Below are positions 10,670 to 23,500 of a DNA stretch of 64,000 bases, piece by piece. The stretch spans positions 1-64,000 of the forward strand of contig NW_020846942.1 in the NCBI RefSeq assembly GCF_003704095.1, in the 5' to 3' direction. The notes under the pieces were generated by a model, which saw only the letters and a program-made list of their open reading frames with translations, did not search any database and was not told the origin of the DNA. The position numbers and the translations under genes are program-made. This DNA comes from Pocillopora damicornis (taxonomy: Eukaryota). The stretch's first letter is position 1. Each line of letters opens with the position of its first letter.

Positions 10670-13600
10670 TCAAACAGCCATTAGATCGTGATAACAAGCA
10701 ATTTCTAGTGTGACAGCACCAGGCATCTTTTCGTCGTGTTTCCGTCCTCTGCCCATCAGCTGATGTGATAGTACCACTGTTCTGTTGTTAATATCGATCC
10801 TCATTTTTGCTTGACCGAGGAAGGAGTCGCAGAACACATTGCTGTCCCAAATCTGGAAAGCAACACAATAGTAAAAAGACTGAAAATAGAAGTTAATGAT
10901 AATAATATAAAATTAATAGTTACGATACTAAGAACAATGGTAATGATGATAATGGTGATTGTAAAGTGAAACAGAATTAAGAAATACTCGCACCATCTGG
11001 GCAGGCAATAAGCATACAGACATTATTAACATCAGCAATAACAACTCCAAAGACAACTGTGTTGCAACGCTCACTGAGGCTTGGACCAGGTAAGACTTTT
11101 TGCAGTTAACTCGGTTCATCCCAAGCTAATACCACCCTGATTCTCTCCGCACTCTCCCCGCTATTTATCGAAGAATTGTTAGTAAGTTGAGACCAACCTG
11201 TACTACCAAGTGCGTTTCCTTGGGTCTCCTGACGTAAAACAAAGCACCAGCTGAATTCCACACCGGGTTTCGTGTGTCCTTCACTGTGGGAATTCGGACA
11301 GTGTTTCCCTCGCACTTGATCAGGGCGTAAGGATCAACGCCTGATAGAACATTTGAACAAAGAAAGAAGGAAAGAAATAGAAATAGTCAAATGCTACATA
11401 ATTTTTCTCTTTAAATTTTCATTGCACAATGATAATTATTTCGATCATTCAAAGCAGCTTTCTTAACTTCTGAAAAATCCAGTTCATACTATTAAAGTTA
11501 GTTATTTTCAGATCATGTTTATGCTATCCATTCTTAACTATTCTCGTTCTTTTTTAGATTATTTTCGCTACTATGTACGAATTTCGTATACATACAAACT
11601 GGCCACTGATATCGAAGGCTATTTAATTTATACAGGGTGGAGATTTCAACTTTATATCTGAACAGAATTGAATCGGTGAGCAGTTTAATAGGTTAAAGGA
11701 ATGTGGATTTGCATTCAGCCATTGCTCTTGCTGACTGAGGCTATGCCTCTGTAGCCAATTCATCTGAGGTTTAAGAGTTGCTGCTAGTGTTTTTAAAGAT
11801 GGCTGGACCGTTACTTTTAACAAATGAGATTTATTTGCCATCTATATGCTCTATATCTGATTAGGGTAACATCCTTACTTAGCAACGTTCTCTTCTGGAG
11901 GTCAACCGCTGACTTTACAAAAACAGACAGGATGCAAACAGGGGTGCGAAATCTTGGGATGCAGCAGCAAATTTTACTTCCCTTGGGATGATCCTTTACT
12001 AATGCTCTACGAAAAATCAACAGGACAAGTTAACCCTTTAACTCCCATGAGTGACCAAGACAGAATTTTTCCTAACAATATCAATACAACATCAAGTACA
12101 CAAGTGAAGAGAAAAAAGGAAAATATGAATTATGGATTACTAGTTGATCCAGTATCAAACTCTCCGACCTAACATCATAATAAGTGTATGGCAAACAGTA
12201 GGGAGAATTACTAGTGAGATCTTAGGGATGAAAGAGTTAGGAACACGGCATGTCATGTGATACCCCACACCAAGAGTTTTTAATCTTTTGCCCACGACCA
12301 AAACGCCAGTGGTTTCCTAATAAAACTGTAGACGTAGATTCCATGTCAGTTAAAACGATTCTGACCCAGGAAATGACTGCAATGGAGCGCAGCAATGCAT
12401 CGACACACAAAGAGCTAAATGGCTGAAACCAAAACGACACAACAAACAAAAGAATGAAAAGATAAGCGTTTCGTACGTCTGGAAAACCATATTTCCATTC
12501 ACTGATAAGCAAGCTTTTTGTTTCTTTTCCCTCGTTTTATTTGATTCCAATTTCTTTTTTATTCGAATCGTTGTTTCACTCTTTCTTTTTCCTTGATATG
12601 TACAAAGGTGCCACAACTAAAACTGTGTTTTTCTAATAACTCCCAATCTACGCCCGGGCTTTCTAAAGTAACTGGAGATAGTATTTGCACACAAAAGCTT
12701 CCTCGAGTTACATACCTCGCATTAGAAGATTTCTCGCTGAAGATTCTCAGCATAAAATTCCCAGCCACATGTGGCTCATATGTTGATGGTATAACAACAT
12801 ATCTCCCCGTCTTCAGCTGAAACCTGTTAACCACTTCCCTCATATTAATGAATATGGAGTCAGCGGCTTTCTCCATCATTACATGTAAACGGTAGCCACG
12901 ATTCTCTTCCACCTTAACATAAATGAATAAATTCTGAATACCAGTATATTTTGTCACGACTATGGGTTTGAATAGAAAGTAATTTTCCAAAATTTGCTGC
13001 TGAGAAGAACGTTCTTTTTCTATATCATTTTATGCTATAATCATAGAGTCGTCTTGCAACTTCTAATTTACTAAAGGGGCAGGTTTCTAAATAAACTGGG
13101 CTAGTTTACTAGTTGGCTAAGATTAAGAAACCCCTCAAAATCTATGGGAATTTTCCAACTAGTCTTTCATGGTACGACGTATGACCTTTTCTGAAATCCT
13201 CATTTCAGTTTTTTATTTTTTTTCCTGTTCTTTTCCTTCTTATTTATTCATTCAGCATCCATTTCCTGAGCGCAAATATCATCAATGTCAAGGAGACCTT
13301 CTTTTTCCCTGGTTCTGATTAACAGCTATCGACTGGTAGATAACCGAAAACGTTTCTACTCTTATAAATGTAATACCTTCATAACGTAATATCCAATACT
13401 TAGATTCTTTCCGCCTTCATCTCTATCAATCCTCGTATCTTCCTGCATCAGTGCTATCATTACCTCTCCTGCGTCATCATCTTTTATGCTGAAAGCGTAC
13501 TAAGAACGCAAAAATGGTAATTTGTGGTGATGATATTTGGGGAAGCTTCAACGTGCAAGGAAACCTTTAGGGAGGCGTTTGTCAGTTTTGAAGTTGTAGG

Positions 13601-16600
13601 TAGACAGAAGCAACTTAACCCTTTACACCCAAACACCAATATGCATATTCTCCATACTGCTCTCTATACATTTCCTAAGGTGCTGACATGGAGAATGTGT
13701 TTAACAATCAAGACCTTCTTTAGTTGGTGATCTATTGATTTATTCTCGTGACTTTAATGTTTGATTCTGGGCTGATATTGAAAGGAGAAATAAGATGCTT
13801 GTCATTCCTAGGGTTAAAGGATTAAGGTTGAAGTGGGAAGTGATTTACTAGCTGATGTCCAGTGAGGCATGGCCCATTGTATGAGACCGATCAAATTATT
13901 TTCAATACCTGTGGATTCTTGAAAAATGTGGCTTGGTTGGTAACGCATCCTCCCGCAGATGAACCGGGCTTCCATTCGTTTTTGTGTTTAAAAATGTGCC
14001 ATCGCTTAGATAAAGAGAATATTGATGTATTCATCAAGTGACACATGGTGGCTTTGGAAAAGTAACGGCAGAAATCTTCAAACGACATCCTGTGAAAAAT
14101 GGAAAAATATGGCAGAAATTGAAACAACCGGTTTCGACAGGAAGTTCTAAAGAAATGCGTACAGGAATGTTTGGAAATAACCCCCAAAAAACAACATCAA
14201 CAATTTTGGTAATGATAATAAAAATAACAAAATGATAGTACATATGACGAGTGAATAATGACATGGCATGTTAGAGCATGGGGTGTAAAGATAAGAGTCC
14301 CTAGAATCATTTGTTCTCTACAATTAAAGACCTCATAAATCACACGTTATTGATAAAAGATTTGAAGATCTACGGTAAGAGTTTGGAACAAGTATAGAAA
14401 CCTTGGTAAACACTGTCTAGGAAAACACCTGTTATTATTTGTTATTGATATGTTAAAAAATTTCGCATGCATCAGCATTATGGTATTTTCAAACCGACCA
14501 GAACTCGCCATCATCTTCAAAATCAATTCCTAGCTTTTTCCTTGCTTCTGCCTCAAGCTTGTTCCACTCCTCTGAACTGTTTAAACACAAAAGGGCGTCT
14601 CATAACAAGAACTAGACCATACAACTAAGTTTTTTCAAGCCAAAGATTGACTGCATGCTTGTTACCCATCGCTCCACGCGCCATTCCATTCTTTTTGTCC
14701 CCAGGGATTTCTAAGTCGGATCAGGTAGAGATACTCTCGATTAAACAAGTTGAATAAACCTTCACCAGTGGTGATCTTAAAAAAAAAATTAGGAAAAAAA
14801 AGAAAGAAAAGGATTAAAAATCAGAAAAAAAATCAAAATTTCACCGTAAAAAAACTAAAACAAGCAACAAACAAACATAACATTTTGATATAAGAAGGCG
14901 CTATTTATAGAATTCGTTTGTTAAATCTAGCTCATCGGACGAGTAAAATTACCTTGCCTGAGGCGCCAAAATTTACTTACCTTTTTTATCGCAGTAACTC
15001 CGTATGCATGTCCCTTTACCAAACCAGTCTCTGTACGTTCTTCCATTTCTTCATGGCTCTTGGCCTTAAAAAAGTAAAACAATTCGATTTGAAATAGATG
15101 CACAGATTAATAAACACATAAACAAGAGAGACACGATAACAGCATTGAAGGAGTGTTTACCGAAATTGAAGCACCAACAAGAGAGCTGTTATCCATGGCC
15201 TTCTGCATGCTTTTGAAAAATTCCAGTCTTCTCTCTTCATCGTCATCGTAGTTCGCGTCTTTAAGGTTAATTGACTCACATACCCCGCCTGTGAAATCGA
15301 CCAGAGCGTCGGCGATATTGCCTGCTTCCAGAGCCTCATAACTTCCGCTCAGTCTGAAATTTATTTAGATAAATCTCGTGTGCAAGCTACTGACGGTTTT
15401 TACTGAGCTCTTGTGGTTTTCATTATTTTACTAAAGATTATTCAACTTGGCGTTTAGATAAAAATGCTTTGAGGTGCTTATCAAAACATCTCTAATCGTT
15501 GTCGTAGCAAAACCGTGTTTTAAAACAATCACAGTTTTGAAGTTAAAAATGTAGTCGTTACCAATAATACTCTCACTTACTTGGCGTAAGCCTTCTCAAG
15601 TAACGCTCCCCAGAACTCATTCTTCAACGAGGAGTGGATGAAGACCAATTGGCCATAAACTGTAGGAAGAAGATCATCAATTACCACTTCAGTCCATTCA
15701 CCCTGACGCCAAAACCGGAACCGGAAGATTCCCTGGTACTTTCCAAAGTCTTTTACATCCCACTCTTGGTTCTTCATGTCAGGAATAACCTAGCGTAGTT
15801 ATAAAGGAATACCAGGTTCACATCAAAGTGCCTTTTTTCTCTCTTTCTTTTTTGCTATCGAATAATAGTTATTTTAAAGTGGCAGACCATGTAGAAGTCG
15901 TGTTCCTCAAGCATTTACTTTTCTCTAAGCATAGGCTCGGCCGGACTAGAACATTTTTTCTTTGACGGTAGCTGTTTGTCTGAAAGAACTAACGGTCTTC
16001 TGAGTTCATCCCTTGTTTCTCCCGGTGACACGAAGTATTATTGGATGCTAATCCATCACTCTCCTCCCTGCGTCAAGTTTTTGTCGCAAAGATTTGCCGA
16101 GATACTTTTATAGTCTTTTGTGGGGTAAAGCATTGTAACAATTAAGTTTCTTTCTAAGAACACAGCACAAATCCCCAGTCAGAGCTCGAACCCGGATTTT
16201 CGTTCCGTAGCCTTGCGCTCTGCACATTATGTATGAAATCCGGTTTCGCTTTCCCACCAATACCAACTGAACAATATCTTTAGCAAATTATTTGTCTTTT
16301 CCAGCCTATCTCCCCTCCAAGCCACCTTACTTATTTGATCCAGCCTTAGACGGATTTCATTATAAGATTATTATTGCCTTTTTAAACCGTCCTCAGGAGG
16401 TTCTATCCGTGAGATAGACTTGAGTATAATGCCAGTCACATTTAGCATTGTGTTAAACTCTTTTCAGTCAGGTGTATACCTTTTCCAAGAGTGAAGGTTC
16501 CAGAGCCAGAGTTGAACATGATGCCACAAACCAACAGTTTCCAAGTTTTCCTTGTGTGATGTCATGTCTGCTTGATCCGTCAACAAACAGGCTTGGAGGA

Positions 16601-18444
16601 TCTGGCTCGCAAATGTCCTAAAAAATGACAAATATATTTGATAAATTGAATATTCTAGCCAAGAATGTTGATATGACACCGTCTTTAACGATAGGTGTAA
16701 ACAACATATTGGTTTTCCTTATAACCGCGTGCAGGATGCCGCCTAATCAATTAAGATTCCTTAAGGTTATGCAAATTAATCTGTAACAGCAAGAGTGGGC
16801 TCCCGGTAACAGAGAAAAATTGTCAAACCCTCTACTCTCCATACATAGGAGCGTGGTAAACTTTCTTGTTTTTGTAGTATGACGTCTCCTTTTTGTTCAT
16901 TTTCTACTGATCTAAGTGGAGATGAGGGCTTGAAGTCTTGAAAACATTTTATTATCGTACTATTATCGTAATCATAAAATGATTATCATTTGTTCTTTAA
17001 GAAAGAGTCGTGGTGGGAGTCAAAGCAGCTGAGGATCCGTCCCTTTCTCAGCTACACCCTTGACTGCGAAAAATTAGGAAATCATTTTTTTAATGTTTGA
17101 CTCAGACATGAAGCAGTGATAGAAAACCCATGAATTGACCGATCTTGAATGTTATCTTCTTAAATCATTATTTTGCCTCTTGATTTAGAAATTCTTCATT
17201 CCAAGAATCAATTGAAAAATGGCTCGACTTTTCAACTGACACCTTATTATAGAAACTGACAACTGACCTTGAAAAGTAAATATTTGAATTATCAAACGGG
17301 TGGCTGAAATAACATTGATCAACACTTGATCGTTAAGTGTTTTGTGTTTACGTCTCTATTAAAGAAGATAAAATTTAAATAGTTTAAGTACCCATCGATT
17401 TTTTTGTTGTTGAGTACGTTGTATGCTTATTCAATGTAGAACATTCACCCCCTTCTACCTCCCTGTAAAGTCTGTTATGACGTTATTATCTCGACGGAGA
17501 CTTGGTAAATAGTTTGGAATAGAAACTAAAGAAGCTTGTGAAATTAGACACTTACTCCACTCTAAAGTATGAAATAACATTAAATTTTCGTTGAACCTAA
17601 GGAATTGGAAAATGGTAGTCTAATTTCCAGACCACCTGAAGCGTTCATCATATTTCTCAATCACTCTAGCGTGAGTTGTGTTATGTTCAATATTCATGTG
17701 ATTGTCTGAATCAACGAAGCGCTCGACACTATTTGGTTTACAATAAGTTTCAAAACAAAACGTACTTTCCATATCGCCCCAACAAAATTATACAAACCTA
17801 AAGCTTGAAATCTGACAAGAAGTTCTTACGAATGTTGGGTTGTAAATCACTCTTCAAGCATTGCTCGTTAGAGCGAGCTATCTTAACATTAAGGCCTTTT
17901 GTTTTTAAAAGAACTATGCTAATTTAAAAAGTTTAACTTGGACAATAAACCCCCATTTAGTTGCGTTGGCAACATCGCTAGATTGTTCCCTTCTCTGACA
18001 GTTTCGTTCTATCCGTCAAAATCTATTCGGATTAGAAGTTTTTTTTTCAAATTTGATTAAGAAGGAGGGCTTTCTTTACTTTTCTAAGCGAGATAATCTG
18101 AGTAAGAACGGTAAATTCGTGTAACAAGGTGACATCCGTGATGAGCATAATCAACAACTGAAACAGCCTTGGTCCTACATGTCTACAAGGAAATTCAAGG
18201 ATTATTCAATACTTTAATACTTTTCTTGAAGCATAGAATGAAGCTGAAAATAGACCAAGGACTAAAAGGGCTTTAACCATACCTTAGGTCTTCGCCAAAC
18301 GATTTGTTCTGGCGGCGCACGGCTGAAAAATATCGATTTATCGTTCGCTGGAAATTCGGAATCTTCGAACAGGCGCTCTTCCTTTTCGCATTGTGACTTG
18401 AGTTTGCTGTAACGCTGGTTCTTGAAATAATGCAGCTTTACCAT
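10670..18444 (-). CDS. CAPN5: Calpain-5-like protease, copy B (CysPc-CBSW-C2). Exons 18283-18444, 16480-16617, 15581-15789, 15161-15353, 14981-15064, 14666-14775, 14499-14576, 13909-14089, 13377-13499, 12716-12912, 11879-12006, 11198-11340, 10670-10852
   Basis: All introns are GT-AG and phase-consistent. The catalytic Cys ([11 protein letters not shown]), His (GHAY) and Asn (RNPWG) are present, as are [13 protein letters not shown], the CBSW motifs AGGC...NPQ and GRYVVIPST, and a C-terminal C2 domain ([10 protein letters not shown]...NPVW...[14 protein letters not shown]). There are no EF-hands, which fits the CAPN5/TRA-3 type. Confidence 0.93.
12030..12240. mobile_element. ~210-bp MITE, TTAA-flanked with CCCTTT-type termini (piggyBac-like), in calpain B intron 10
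   Basis: ttaa|ccctttaactccc ... gggatgaaagag|ttag. A reverse-orientation relative lies at 33941-34147. Confidence 0.7.
13615..13825. mobile_element. ~210-bp MITE with TTAA target duplication (piggyBac-like)
   Basis: ttaa|ccctttacaccc ... gggttaaagga|ttaa. Confidence 0.75.
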
Positions 18445-20575
18445 AGCTCAAACAGATACGATTTCACGCTTAAATGGATTCATAGAGGCGTAAAGTGTGT
18501 CAAAATTTTGATTTTGTTAGTAGGTAACATCATCGGGGTTTTTATGGATGATGGCGCACAGAAGGGCCTGGGTCGAGTCTATTTAAAAAATCCATCTTGC
18601 TTTGTCTTCGAAAATGAACTCATAAGAAGAGTTAGTATGAAATATTACGTCAGTCATCAGTTTAAGAGAGATCTCTTTAAAGCTCATATCCCCACCCTCG
18701 TAATTTCGCTGGTAACAGCGTACCTATAACATTACCTCAGATCGTACCACCATCTCGCGGAGTAAACTTCATAAAGACTGGTTATTGGACGATTATGAGA
18801 GATTTCACCTCTAAAACAAATACCTTCTGTCTTATGCTAAAGAACCTCATATCAGTGAAACGAAATACTATGTCACAGTTTCTTTAACAGCGCAAATTAG
18901 CGCAGAAATCTCCATTTGTATTAATCACAGTCACGTACATGCATGTCACGCGCGCAGCTCTTTTCCTTCTTTCGTTCAATCATCGGAAACATCCACGGTT
19001 CACTTCGAATTTGAAAATTTATTTCTCATTAATTCCCCAATCCACATAAGAGTGTTACAAAAGTCTTACGATAGTAGTATAGAGAAAAAATTTAAAGAAC
19101 TAACCAACTCCACCCTTTACTACAACAAACTTGCGGTCGTAACGATAGTTTTTTCTTCGTTTGCAATTTGGTAGCTGTAAAATTTCTATCTTTTGTCATC
19201 TGTAATAAAAATGGCAAAACTTTTCACTGGTACACACCATTTAAGGTTCTTGCTTTTCTTTTGTATCATTTGTGTAAAAGTGTCTAATAAAGTTTGTAGT
19301 GTGTGTTAAATACTTCAAAATAAGTTATAGCTCACATAAAAGCTTAGAAATATATTAGCTACGATATACGAGCTTACACTTCTAAGATAAGTAAACATTA
19401 TCTTCCTAGAAGCATTTAGCATGCCGGTGAAATATTTCATACAACTATTCATTAGAAACCAGCGAAGCTGTAATTCAGCGAGAGAGCTCAAGTTCGCTCA
19501 TTGCGTTTCCAATGCCCAGCTCAAGTCAATGAAAGTACCTGGCGTTTAACTAGGAAATACAATAACTGTTAATAAGTGCGGTTTGTAATGCTTTCTTGGC
19601 GACTAGAAAAATAGTTTTGATTTAACTTTTACAAAAACGATTATCAAAAGTTGCCCCTCCACTTATAAAAATTGTGTCAACTAGAATATTGATGGTTCAT
19701 CAAAAGCGTAATGAATTACACGAACTCCACTTGTTTCCACAACGAAATACTGTTCTAGATCGTGGTTTATCAACGATATCTGTTGTCCGAAATATAAACA
19801 ATTTCCCTTAGAGAAACCTTTAATTTAAAAGCATGCCAATTTTCTATATATTGCACTGCGGCTTTATGTCATAGAAAATATTCCACAAAGGTCTTCATAT
19901 GATAATCGCAAAAAGTTTCCCTTTTTACTAGTGCTGAATTATTCAGCCCCATCCCTATCCGAAATGAGGTACCTGGCTCAGGCCAGACTAGCCCGCCATT
20001 TCATATACTAGGATCCTTATATATTCAAGCGCCAGTGCGGCTATTCGCGAATGGGTTGAAATTTGAGTGTCAATCTCTGTTCATCTCCAATTCCGGCTCT
20101 TTGGTACGAAGGAAGCTCGTACCAGTTTCCACGTTTTTCATAGGTTTGAGTTAAATAAGTTAAAGTCTGTCCAAATCGAGTGTTATCGTGTCATTTGTAG
20201 TTACTATGGCAAAAGCCTAAAAGGTTTTAAATAATTATCAAAAAAGGTAATCATGACAGAAAAAGGCTACACACTGCCTTATTTGTTTTTGGTTCTTCGG
20301 GTTTGAAATCTCGCGCCTAAGAAACAGGTGACAGTCACCTTAGAAAACAAAATAAAGAGAAAAAAAAGAAGAAAAGCGCGGTATTGGAACTTATACGCGC
20401 GTACCTGCGTTACGTCAGTGTCTATTTTCTACAGGAACTACGTCCTAATATGCGACCACAACTAATAAATGGAGAGCGCCGAGTAGACTTAACTCCTTAC
20501 TACTTCTCTTCGGTCAGATAAGAGCTGGCATTAATAAGATCTATCATTCACAACAAAACAATACAATTCATGTAA

Positions 20576-23500
20576 TTAGATGGCAAGCAGATCCTGGTAA
20601 CATTTGACCTCCACGGTGACAACACCCGGCATTTGTACTTGGTGATTTCGTCTTCTTCCCATCAGCTGATGTGTTTCTGTCACGGCTTTGTTATTAATAT
20701 CAATTGCTATCTTAGCTTGACCCATGAACGAGTCCCAGAACCAGTTGTAATCCCACACCTAAATGAAAAGACGACGAGAAAGACACCCACATAAGTACTT
20801 GTACCCACTGTCACGCAACGGCCATGTTGATGACGAAATTTCTTTCAAAGCACGAAAGCTTCACTACATAGGAGAACTATGAAAATACACGNNNNNNNNN
20901 NNNNNNNNNNNNNNNNNNNNNNNNNNNNNNNNNNNNNNNNNNNNNNNNNNNNNNNNNNNNNNNNNNNNNNNNNNNNNNNNNNNNNNNNNNNNNNNNNNNN
21001 NNNNNNNNNNNNNNNNNNNNNNNNNNNNNNNNNNNNNNNNNNNNNNNNNNNNNNNNNNNNNNNNNNNNNNNNNNNNNNNNNNNNNNNNNNNNNNNNNNNN
21101 NNNNNNNNNNNNNNNNNNNNNNNNNNNNNNNNNNNNNNNNNNNNNNNNNNNNNNNNNNNNNNNNNNNNNNNNNNNNNNNNNNNNNNNNNNNNNNNNNNNN
21201 NNNNNNNNNNATGGATCAGGTGCTGAAATTATTACAAAATAAAAAAAGCAATTATCAGAAATAAAATAATAATATACAATTCGGTTAAATTTAAGAAAAC
21301 GCTTCACCTACTAGGAAATCGAATTGACTTTTAAGAAAGCTTAAAACACCACTCTTTAGAGCATGATTCTTTTATGAAAACAGGCTCTTAACGCCTCGCT
21401 GCGACCTCGGGTACGGTGGTACGATGGTAATAACGGTGTCGAGTGCGGTGATGATACCGAAATGGGTTCCTTCCGATAAAAAGTATACACTAGTCCACGG
21501 AAAGGGCCCCAGTTACAAGAGATCCCTCATTATGAGAGGTTATGAACGCATAGGGAACGATGCATGAGTTCGCAACGGATGTGTCACCCATAAAAGTGAC
21601 GTTCATTAAAAAGGACTACCGAGTGTTGCTGCTCAATTTAAACCTCATACTGAATTCAACAATGTTTGTAACTAGTAACAAAGCTGTTAGTGTTCCGATA
21701 ACTCTTACACTACTGGCAGTAACACTTTGTTATCTTACTCATTGATAGTCTGCTGGTTTTTTGAAGTCCACCAGCTGATTTAACGGTAACGGAAAGCACG
21801 CAGACAGGAGTACGACACTGTGGGAAGCAGCAAAATATTTTACTTCCGGTGGAGTGCTCCTGGTTTAGAAACCTACAAAATAAGCAAATGACAGAGATGA
21901 AAACATTGATTTTGGGACAGTTGGTCAGCTTCAGGTACCAAGGTAGGTAGAGGGATGCTTACATTGCTTTTGAGGACTTTTCAGTGAATATTCTCATCAG
22001 GAATTGCCCAGCTTTGTTTTGCTCGTATGTGGATGGTATCACCACGTATCTTCCTTTCTTAAAGTGAAACTTGTTCACCACTTCTCGTGCGTTGATGAAG
22101 ATAGAATCTCCAGCTTTTTCAAACATCGTATGTAACCGATACTTTCTGTTCTCTTCCACCTAAGGGCGAAACAATGAGACTGAGGGCTGGCAAAAATGGA
22201 CAGAAAATGACCAAACGACTCAAAACTGAACATACGTACGTAAACGTACTCCTGTACCAGATAGACAAACAGTCAGACAGACAAGTAAACACACACAGAC
22301 CGACAAGCGAAAACAGTACAGGATAGTCAAATCGAAGGCCAGAAAAATGACTAAGCGAGGAAACCAAAAAGGCAGACAGGCACAGAAATACACAGACAAA
22401 TAGAAACACCGATACCGAAACACAAATTGTAAACGTACACCAATTATGATCACACAAACTGACGGACATGCACATGTAGGTGGTAGTATAGCAGTCAAAA
22501 ACACATAAACAAACATTGTGGCAGAAAAAACAACTGACAGTCGTCACGAAGATAGGGACTGATAGGCATTAAGACAAACCTCAAAATGACAAATATTTGA
22601 CTGGAAACAAACGAATTCTGACAAATATGGTTTGCATAATCAGAAATGAAAAGATGTCACCCAGATAATTGATAGCTGTTTTAGCAGTGTTACCTTCATG
22701 ACAAAATATCCAATGGTGAGATTTTCTGCGCCATGTTCTTTCGCTTTTCTTGTGTCTTCCTGCATCAGCGAGATCATCACTTCTCCCTCCTCTTTGACAG
22801 TGAAAGCATACTGACAAAATCAAACGTTCAATTGATAGTAGTTGCAGGACCTCAAGAAGTTGTGATAATCAGAAAAATGCAAAGACACTTAAGTCGTCAA
22901 GCCAAATGACTCAAAGCTACTGGTGCTCATATCTGTTAAGTCTCACTCATTTCAGATAACCTCCTGATCCCGGACCCCTATCTCCCCCCCCTCCCCCCTT
23001 CTCTCCCATAACATTTCTTCAGGTTCCCCTGATGGTTTGGTGCTACTAATTTACACGTAGATGGGTGGAGAGAGCACTGTGTGAGAACATTTTCTTGCTA
23101 AGAAACAAGAAATGTCTATTACAAGGCTTGGGTTCTCCAATAGAAAAAAAGTGCAAGCTGTGGGTAAAAACATGAACATTTCTTCAATTACCAAACAAAC
23201 TAAATGAAAGAACACACAGGTAAATTAAAGCTCATAGAAAAATGTTATGTACCTGTGGGTTCTTCAGGAAAGTGCTTCTATTTTCAACACACCCACCAGC
23301 AGTGGAGCCTGGTGACCACTGATAGTTGTGTTTAAACACATGCCATCTGTTTGAGAGTGAAAAGATTGATGTGTTGATGACATGGCACAAGGTGGCATTG
23401 GTGAAGTGTGAGCAGAAGTCTTCAAAAGACATCCTAAAGACAAGAAAAACCACACAAAAACAATCAATATGGGTGAGCGCAAAATTCAAAACATGTAAAG

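Noticed and set aside
10610-10672. Selenocysteine or readthrough at the calpain B TGA
   Set aside because: The paralogue ends at the same position with TAA, both last exons are 183 nt, and no SECIS was recognised.
22119-22547. 142-aa and 98-aa hydrophobic, Cys-rich ORFs
   Set aside because: They arise from a TG/TC-rich low-complexity intron tract.
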